64,000 bases of DNA, from positions 1-64,000 of IMG/VR virus record IMGVR_UViG_3300010157_000040. The stretch is one strand, 5' to 3'. Below, piece after piece: positions 57,128 to 64,000 of the stretch. How positions within the stretch are numbered: position 1 is the stretch's first letter; each line of letters opens with the position of its first letter. The translations under genes were made by a program, and so were the position numbers. The notes under the pieces were generated by a model that searched no databases, was not told the origin of the DNA, and saw only the letters and a list, made by a program, of their open reading frames with translations. The stretch comes from a virus.

Positions 57128-60100
57128 ATGAAAAAGAAAGTAAGAATATACAGAGCACAAGATGGTATTGGTAAGTTTTTGCATAAAAAACAAGAAGGTG
57201 GTATGCTTGATGTAAATGAAAGAGGTTACCCAGGTCAACAAGAGCAAACTCCTGTAACTCAAGAACAATTGACTCAGTTAGTTGTTAATGATATATCTCA
57301 AGGTATTTCTAAAGAACAAGTGATTGTTAAACTTGCTACTGTACATGGATTAGATCCAATGCAAGCTAGTCAATTTTATGATCAAATTTTTGGATTATTA
57401 GAAGATCAAAAACAAAAAGATATTGACAGTGTTGAAAATCCAGATGAAACAGAAACTGTAGACAATCCTGAAGAAGAAGTTGTAGAAGAAGAAACTCCAG
57501 ATACATTAAATTATGATCACACAAGTAATGCAGGTTTAGATATTGCACAAGAAGATGATGGTTTAGATGTTGCTAATGAAGATTTAGGAACTCTTGAATC
57601 TGATCTTATAATGAGAAGAGGTGGTTTAGTTAGAGCAGATGAAGGTGCAAGTATAGATGATACACTTTGGAATACACAAACTTATCCAATTCAATTTCCT
57701 GGTATGGATACATACTTACCTGATAATACAGGTATGGATCAATATATAAATCAACAAAATACACAGACTGTTGCAGATAGAGCATACCCAGATCCAACTG
57801 GTGGAATGTTAAATAATACTGACACAGCATCTAATTATGCAGAACGTGTACCAGATCCTAATGCAGATACATCAGAATATAAAAAAGGTGGTACATATAA
57901 AACTGATAAAAGGAAGTTTGTTAATTCAATTCTTAACTTAGTTAAGAAACAAATGGGTGGACAAGAAAAACCTATGTCTAATGATGCAGATCCTACTGGA
58001 CAAAATGTTAGAACAAATAATTTACAAGCATTTATTGGTACAGTAAAAAATCAAAGTCAAATTGCTATTGCTAAAAAAGAAGCAGAAGAACAGTATGATA
58101 AGATGATGCAGCAACAACAGATGATGATACAACAACAACAACCACCAATGTATCCTATGGCACAAGAAGGTGGTATGTATCCTAATATGGATGAAGATCC
58201 AGAAAATCCTATGCATCATTTAGAAGCATATGCAAATACAACACATGGTATTTTTGATCAACCAATGGTTGGACTTTCTCAAGCACAGTATGGTGGTAAT
58301 ACAGAAGGTTGTTTTCCTACACAATTACCTAATGGTCAAGTAATTACTAATTGTTTTCCAAGACAAGAACAAAGAGATGAAAATCAAAGACAAATTGATG
58401 CAGGATCATATGATGGTTTAGGTGCTACACAAGAACAAGATATTGATAGAGGTAATTATCCAAAAATATTTGATCCTAATGAATCTCATGTAACTAATTT
58501 TCCAAAAAGATTTGATCCTTATGCACCTCATGTACCTAGTTATGTTAATTATGGTAATGGTCAAGTAATGTATACTCCAAGAAGAAGACAAACTAATATA
58601 GGTGTGATACCTGGTATGCAAGGATTACAAGGTATGCCTAATTTTGGTTATGGTAATGGTATGCCTCCTATTACTAAATTAGATGTAAGAAGATCTGGTT
58701 TGTTTGGTAGACCAAGAAGATATACTGCAGAGTTTGGACAAGGTGCAATGTTACCGGGTCAACAAGGTTCTGGTATAGGTTTTTATGGTTATGGTGCACC
58801 TGAAATAAAAAAGTCACCTGCTAGAGTTATAGTAGAAAATGTTGCATCAACGGTTAATAATGAAGCTATAAAAGAAGTAGCAAAAGTAACTCCGGGAAGT
58901 ACAGCAACTACAACTGCAGTTGATCCAAATAAAAAAGCTACTGAAGTAAAAGTTGTTCCAGGAAGTGGATCTGGTTCTGGTTCTGGAACAGGTAATACTA
59001 ATAAGAAATCTAATACAGGTAATTCAACACCAATTAAATCTAATGAAGAAGTTGTTATTGATCCAAAAACTGGTTATGCAAGTAAAGATCAATTTAATGT
59101 TAGACAAGGAATAAAAATTGGTAATGTTGCTTTTGTAACAGATTTAAAAAATAATGATTTGTACACACAAATGCAAGATGTGTGGACAGGTAATCCTGTT
59201 GAAAATGAATGGAAAAAAAATGATCCAACATATATGCCATCTAAAGGTGGTGCAAAAAATGTAAATAGTAATCCTACTATAGGACCTAATGGTGAAAAAC
59301 GTCATACATTAGGAAGAATGTATCCTGGTGAAACTAATGCACATTTTAATCAAAGAGTAAAAGAATATAATGCAAAACCATGGTATGAAAAAATGGTTAA
59401 CACAAATCCAGAAAAAGAATGGGCTGATAGTCAAAGTAATAACTATAATGATGTAGGACCTATGCAATACCTTGCACCAACATCAGTTGGTTCAGGTGCT
59501 ATACTTGGTGCAGGAAAATTATCTGCAGAAGTTGCAAAAAAACTTGCAAGTAAAGTAGCACCAAAAGTTGCTAAAGTAGTTAGTAAAGTAGCAAAAACAC
59601 CAGCACAAGTAAAAGCAGCAAAAGCACTTGCATCTCAGAAAGCAATGTTAAGACAAATTAATAAAGGTAATTATGGGTATCACGAAGAAGGTGGTATTAT
59701 AGATACATCTACTATAGATCCAAATAATCCTGAGTTAATGAGATTTGTATATGGTGGTAATGATCCTTATGTTACACAACAAGATATAAACTATAGTAAC
59801 TCTAAAGATGTAACAGATCCATATTTTCAAGGTGGTGGTGAATTAACTGATGAAGAACAGAAAGAAGCAGATGCAGCAGTATATGATAAAATCAATCCTG
59901 AAATTTTAGCACAAATTCAGAAAGAACAAGCAGCATCTTCACCAAATCCATATATGGAACCTGTTGGTCAAAGAGATAAAAGTTTACCTGATTCTGCTAA
60001 TAGAGAAAACTATAGTAGATTAGTTGAAAATGGTAAAGTGTATACTGGATATAATCCAGATCATAAGTATGTAGGTGCTGATTATGTACCTAAAAATACT

Positions 60101-62911
60101 ACTACCCAACAATATCCTCAAGGATACTATCCACAACAAGGTGGTTACAATCCAAATTTTTTACAAAAGTTTTTTCCAGGTAATTTACCACAAGTTGTTG
60201 GTTCTTACGGAGAAATGAAAAAAATGTATGATCCAAAAACTGGTTTACCATATACTGGAGGATTTGGTCCTGGTACACAACTTACTAAACTAGATGTAAG
60301 AAAATCACGTTTAAATGGAGATCCAAAAAAATACACTATGTATTTTAATAATTCAGAAATGGATCCAAGAAAACAAGGTTTAATTAGTCTTGATGGTCAA
60401 GGTAATGGTTCTGGAAATGGTCATGGAAATGATAATACAAACTATAGTGATGATAGATGGGGAAGACATGATGAAAGATATAATGCTAGAAATAAAAGAA
60501 GATTAAATAGACATGGCATTGATGTACCAGAAGAAACAAGAGATAATCCATATTTAAATGAACGTGAAGATGTTCAAACTCAAATAGATACAGAAGGTAA
60601 TTCTATTCCATTAGGAGAAAACAAATATAATTCTAACGTTGTAAATACAAGTACTGCAGTTTTAGATAATAATGGTATTCCAATGACTGATGATGGTTCT
60701 AACTTAATGATAGAAAATCATCCAGATTTCTCTTCAGTATCTCCATCTGAATCATCTAATGTTAGAGAAGATATTAAACTTAATCCAGAAGCAACTAAAC
60801 TTGCTGCACAAAAAGCATATGGAGAATATGGTGATGTTTCTGCAGAATTTGGTAACAATGGTCCTCAATTACAAGAAGCATTTAATAATATATTTGCAAC
60901 ACAAGGTCAAGATGCAGCTGATGCAATGATGTCAAATGCATTTAAAGAAAGAAATGCAAATATTAAAGACATGCCGGTTGAACAACCAGTTGAACAAACA
61001 GCTGAACAACCTATTGATGAAGCTACAGGTGAACCTATTAATGTACCTACTGATCAACCAGTAAATGAATCTAATGTAGATAATTCTGATGCTGTATCAG
61101 AAGCACCAATGCAGAAAATTAGTAGTAATAATTCTGCAATAGATTTTATGAATAATTACAATACTAATCCTGAGTTTGCTGCAATGGTAGATGATGCTAA
61201 AAATAGAGCACAAGGAACAAATGGTGATTGGTATGGAACAGGAGATAGTCAGAATTTAGAATCACCTACTGTTCGTGATATGGCAAACTATAATAATGAA
61301 GCAAATGCATTAAATAAATTTACATCTGCAATAGATGAAGATCAATATGCACAACAAGAAGGTTTACCAATAAGACAAGCACATATAGATCAGAATACTA
61401 ATTATCCTGATAAAATAGAAATGCCTGCGGAATTACAAGATTGGCAAAACAAACAAAATATAAATAATAGTAATAATCAAGTTGTTAATAATAAAAACCC
61501 TAGACAAGGTACAAACCAAAACAATAGAGGTAATAGTAAAGTTGATAATAAAATAAATACTAAATTAAATAATATTGATATTAAGGAAAATCCATATCCA
61601 AAAGATTCAGAAATGCATTATGTATATGAAGAGTTAACACCTGAAGAGAAAAAATTACATAAAATAGCTAATATAAAAAATGAATCAAAACGTCAAGGAG
61701 ATAAAAATAATAGAAATAAAGAACTTGAAGTATTTAATCATTCAAATGAAGGAAGAGAACAGTATTATAATAACTTAGATAGAGGTGCAGCTCAACAATA
61801 TTATAAATCTGATATAGAACCTAAAATTACTCAAACAACAAATGCATATAATAATGCAATTGATGCAGCTAAAACAGATGCAGCAAGAAATAAACTTGTA
61901 AAAGAAAAAGAAATTGCCTTAAATAATATTAATAAACAATTCTTTAAAGGTATTGATTTTGATCAAGCAGGTTCACAATATACTCCACCTCCAAAAAATA
62001 TTACAGAAGGTAATGACTTTAGAAAATATATGCATGAGTTTTATCCTAACATAAGTAAAAGTTTTAATTTAGATGTTAAAGGAAATATTAATTCAAGTGA
62101 ATTTAAAGATGTTTGGAATAAGTATGGTGCAAGATTTTTATATGGTAATCGTTCAGATGATCAAAAAGTAAAAGTTAGAAATACTATAAAAAGTCATATG
62201 GGTGCTTTTGGACATCTTAGAGATGGTGGTGCATTAAATAAATTTATTCCTAAAGCATCACCAGGATTAGAAGTTGGTTCACCAGTTACCTATACAGGTA
62301 ATAAAGCACTAGAAGGAATGACTGATGTACAAATGATTAGTCTTAATCCAGGTATACAAGATTTAAATCCATCTTCTCTAACAGGTTTCATGAATAATAA
62401 TAATAATGCACCTGCTAGAAATATGTCACAAGATCCTGCACAAATGAATATAGATAAAAACCAAATTGAAAGTCAAAATGCAGAAAAAGTTTATAATCCT
62501 AATGGAGACTTTGCAATAGATATTAAACAAAAAAACATGTATGAAGTAGATCCTGAAGTTTTATTACAAACAGGTAATGCACTTGGTAGAGGTTATGCAG
62601 GAATGATGAATAATATACAAAATCGTAAAAATACACGTAACATGTATAACGATCTTAATGCAGATAATTTATATTCAGCAACTACTGATAGAGACAGAGG
62701 AGATTATACTAAGTCTGGTTCTGCAAGAGGTGAGTTAAGATTTGATGAACAAGGTGCTAATAGTACTGGTAGATTTGCACAATACGGTGGAACATCTAAT
62801 GAAGATAATATGTATGACCAAGGTGGTTATTTTGATGGTGATGAAGCATACATGACAGAAGATCAAATTAAACAGTTCTTAGAAGCTGGAGGAGAAATAG
62901 AATATTTATAA
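57128..62911 (+). CDS. giant low-complexity putative ejection (cargo) protein
   Basis: 1927 aa, N/Q/G/P-rich, more than ten xxGG motifs, two TKLDVR...P..YT repeats. Confidence 0.7.
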   Translation: MKKKVRIYRAQDGIGKFLHKKQEGGMLDVNERGYPGQQEQTPVTQEQLTQLVVNDISQGISKEQVIVKLATVHGLDPMQASQFYDQIFGLLEDQKQKDIDSVENPDETETVDNPEEEVVEEETPDTLNYDHTSNAGLDIAQEDDGLDVANEDLGTLESDLIMRRGGLVRADEGASIDDTLWNTQTYPIQFPGMDTYLPDNTGMDQYINQQNTQTVADRAYPDPTGGMLNNTDTASNYAERVPDPNADTSEYKKGGTYKTDKRKFVNSILNLVKKQMGGQEKPMSNDADPTGQNVRTNNLQAFIGTVKNQSQIAIAKKEAEEQYDKMMQQQQMMIQQQQPPMYPMAQEGGMYPNMDEDPENPMHHLEAYANTTHGIFDQPMVGLSQAQYGGNTEGCFPTQLPNGQVITNCFPRQEQRDENQRQIDAGSYDGLGATQEQDIDRGNYPKIFDPNESHVTNFPKRFDPYAPHVPSYVNYGNGQVMYTPRRRQTNIGVIPGMQGLQGMPNFGYGNGMPPITKLDVRRSGLFGRPRRYTAEFGQGAMLPGQQGSGIGFYGYGAPEIKKSPARVIVENVASTVNNEAIKEVAKVTPGSTATTTAVDPNKKATEVKVVPGSGSGSGSGTGNTNKKSNTGNSTPIKSNEEVVIDPKTGYASKDQFNVRQGIKIGNVAFVTDLKNNDLYTQMQDVWTGNPVENEWKKNDPTYMPSKGGAKNVNSNPTIGPNGEKRHTLGRMYPGETNAHFNQRVKEYNAKPWYEKMVNTNPEKEWADSQSNNYNDVGPMQYLAPTSVGSGAILGAGKLSAEVAKKLASKVAPKVAKVVSKVAKTPAQVKAAKALASQKAMLRQINKGNYGYHEEGGIIDTSTIDPNNPELMRFVYGGNDPYVTQQDINYSNSKDVTDPYFQGGGELTDEEQKEADAAVYDKINPEILAQIQKEQAASSPNPYMEPVGQRDKSLPDSANRENYSRLVENGKVYTGYNPDHKYVGADYVPKNTTTQQYPQGYYPQQGGYNPNFLQKFFPGNLPQVVGSYGEMKKMYDPKTGLPYTGGFGPGTQLTKLDVRKSRLNGDPKKYTMYFNNSEMDPRKQGLISLDGQGNGSGNGHGNDNTNYSDDRWGRHDERYNARNKRRLNRHGIDVPEETRDNPYLNEREDVQTQIDTEGNSIPLGENKYNSNVVNTSTAVLDNNGIPMTDDGSNLMIENHPDFSSVSPSESSNVREDIKLNPEATKLAAQKAYGEYGDVSAEFGNNGPQLQEAFNNIFATQGQDAADAMMSNAFKERNANIKDMPVEQPVEQTAEQPIDEATGEPINVPTDQPVNESNVDNSDAVSEAPMQKISSNNSAIDFMNNYNTNPEFAAMVDDAKNRAQGTNGDWYGTGDSQNLESPTVRDMANYNNEANALNKFTSAIDEDQYAQQEGLPIRQAHIDQNTNYPDKIEMPAELQDWQNKQNINNSNNQVVNNKNPRQGTNQNNRGNSKVDNKINTKLNNIDIKENPYPKDSEMHYVYEELTPEEKKLHKIANIKNESKRQGDKNNRNKELEVFNHSNEGREQYYNNLDRGAAQQYYKSDIEPKITQTTNAYNNAIDAAKTDAARNKLVKEKEIALNNINKQFFKGIDFDQAGSQYTPPPKNITEGNDFRKYMHEFYPNISKSFNLDVKGNINSSEFKDVWNKYGARFLYGNRSDDQKVKVRNTIKSHMGAFGHLRDGGALNKFIPKASPGLEVGSPVTYTGNKALEGMTDVQMISLNPGIQDLNPSSLTGFMNNNNNAPARNMSQDPAQMNIDKNQIESQNAEKVYNPNGDFAIDIKQKNMYEVDPEVLLQTGNALGRGYAGMMNNIQNRKNTRNMYNDLNADNLYSATTDRDRGDYTKSGSARGELRFDEQGANSTGRFAQYGGTSNEDNMYDQGGYFDGDEAYMTEDQIKQFLEAGGEIEYL

Positions 62912-62920
62912 ATTTACACT

Positions 62921-64000
62921 ATGTTTTATAAAGTAAAAATTAAAAAAGTTCCAAAAGCAAAAGTTGGATACCAAGTACAAGGTTCATTAGCTAATGATGT
63001 TCCTGCAATGGGTGGTGCAGATTATAATTCCTATATGGGAGTTCCTAATCCAAAAGTAAAAAAAGTTTTACAACCTGTTCCAAGAGAAGAAGCTAATTTA
63101 GAAGCTGAGAAAGGTGAAACAGTTATTGGAAACATAGATGGTTCTATGATGCCATCATTATATACTATTGGTGGTAAACGACATGTAAATGGAGGTACAC
63201 CACTTAATCTTCCTGATGATAGTTTTATTTTTAGTGATACTAAATCTATGATGATATCTGATCCACTTATACTAAAGATGTATAACAAACCTGTTAAGAA
63301 AGGTGGTTATACTCCGGCAGAATTATCAAAGCAATTTGATATGAATAGATACAGGAAGATTTTACAAGATCCAAATTCTGATTCAATTGACAGAAAGACT
63401 GCAGAAATGATGATCAAAAACTATGTAATGAAACTTGGTGCATTAGCATTAGCACAAGAATCTAAAAAAGGTTTTCCACAAGGTATACCAGAAATTGCTA
63501 AACCATATATGGAAGCAAATAAAATTAGTGAAGATCAACTTATGCCACAAAAAGCAAAAGAAGAAGCAAGTGAATCTCCACAACAAGAACAACAAGAGTC
63601 TGCAGGTCATGATATGCAAGAAGGTGAAGCACCAACAGAAATGCCTGATGGTTCTCCTGTTGCTATGCCAGGTTCTATGGAAGAATCTGTAGCACCAGAA
63701 CAAGCACCAGAACAAACTATGGAACAACCTACCATGGAACAGATGCAAGAAGCTCCTATGGCAGCTTATGGTATGCAAATGGGTGGTTATGATACTTATG
63801 GAACATATGCTTTTGGTGGTAACTTATACAAAGCAAAAGATGGTATTATTACACCATATGGACAAGCAAATACTACACAAGGTAATGTTACTCCAATGAA
63901 AACTGATGATAAATTTAGTTCTACTGGACTTGCACTTCCTGATTATTTAAAATCTTGGGAAACAAACATACCTGGTATAAGTACTAATATGTCAGAAGGT
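62921..64000 (+). CDS. putative ejection (cargo) protein, N-terminal fragment; not in the ORF track
   Basis: Open from ATG 62921 to the window end: MFYKVKIKKVPKAKVG...ANLEAEKGET...GKRHVNGG...FIFSD. Confidence 0.75.
   Translation, partial: MFYKVKIKKVPKAKVGYQVQGSLANDVPAMGGADYNSYMGVPNPKVKKVLQPVPREEANLEAEKGETVIGNIDGSMMPSLYTIGGKRHVNGGTPLNLPDDSFIFSDTKSMMISDPLILKMYNKPVKKGGYTPAELSKQFDMNRYRKILQDPNSDSIDRKTAEMMIKNYVMKLGALALAQESKKGFPQGIPEIAKPYMEANKISEDQLMPQKAKEEASESPQQEQQESAGHDMQEGEAPTEMPDGSPVAMPGSMEESVAPEQAPEQTMEQPTMEQMQEAPMAAYGMQMGGYDTYGTYAFGGNLYKAKDGIITPYGQANTTQGNVTPMKTDDKFSSTGLALPDYLKSWETNIPGISTNMSEG

Noticed and set aside
57128-62911. 1927-aa protein as the virion RNA polymerase
   Set aside because: Low complexity and no DxDxD catalytic motif in a conserved context; the RNAP is probably outside the window
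12429-63778. Short minus-strand and alternate-frame ORFs inside the plus-strand region (e.g. 18641-19204, 36269-36661, 44669-45082, 63031-63288, 63449-63778)
   Set aside because: Shadows of well-supported plus-strand genes; the last ones overlap the open frame starting at 62921
1-64000. Stop-codon reassignment (TAG or TGA), as in some crAss-like phages
   Set aside because: Terminase, portal, capsid and tail genes are intact in the standard code; TAG ends 11918 and 37518, and TGA ends several genes in ATGA overlaps

Overview
An AT-rich 64-kb segment of a crAss-like (Crassvirales-type, podovirus) phage genome. The host is most likely a Bacteroidota bacterium, judged from A-rich leaders without Shine-Dalgarno sites and TAnnTTTG promoter boxes. 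The standard genetic code reads all large genes intact. Positions 1-~9.5 kb are a minus-strand early/accessory region: the start of an SF2 helicase, an HNH protein, many small ORFs, a ~1.55-kb ORF-free structured-RNA locus, and seven copies of a promoter-like motif heading small gene or sRNA cassettes. A G-tract and palindrome-rich strand switch lies at ~9.55-10.1 kb. From 10.1 kb to the end everything is on the plus strand: SET, AlkB-like, GroES, DUF3310, tail fibres, lysis cassette (u-spanin, holin, GH24 lysozyme, YkuD-like), IHF-like, PD-(D/E)XK nuclease, terminase, portal, major capsid, a cluster of Lys-rich basic proteins, ferritin/Dps-like, Cys-rich structural proteins, tail ring and muzzle proteins, and giant putative ejection proteins. 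The most striking element is at 5473-6893 (minus strand). A tRNA-like module is followed by two same-orientation twister ribozymes bracketing a ~900-nt highly structured, GOLLD-like RNA. They are predicted to excise a 1088-nt RNA with 5'-OH and 2',3'-cyclic-phosphate ends, a natural ribozyme-processed and potentially circularisable giant ncRNA. All assignments are by eye; no database searches were run.
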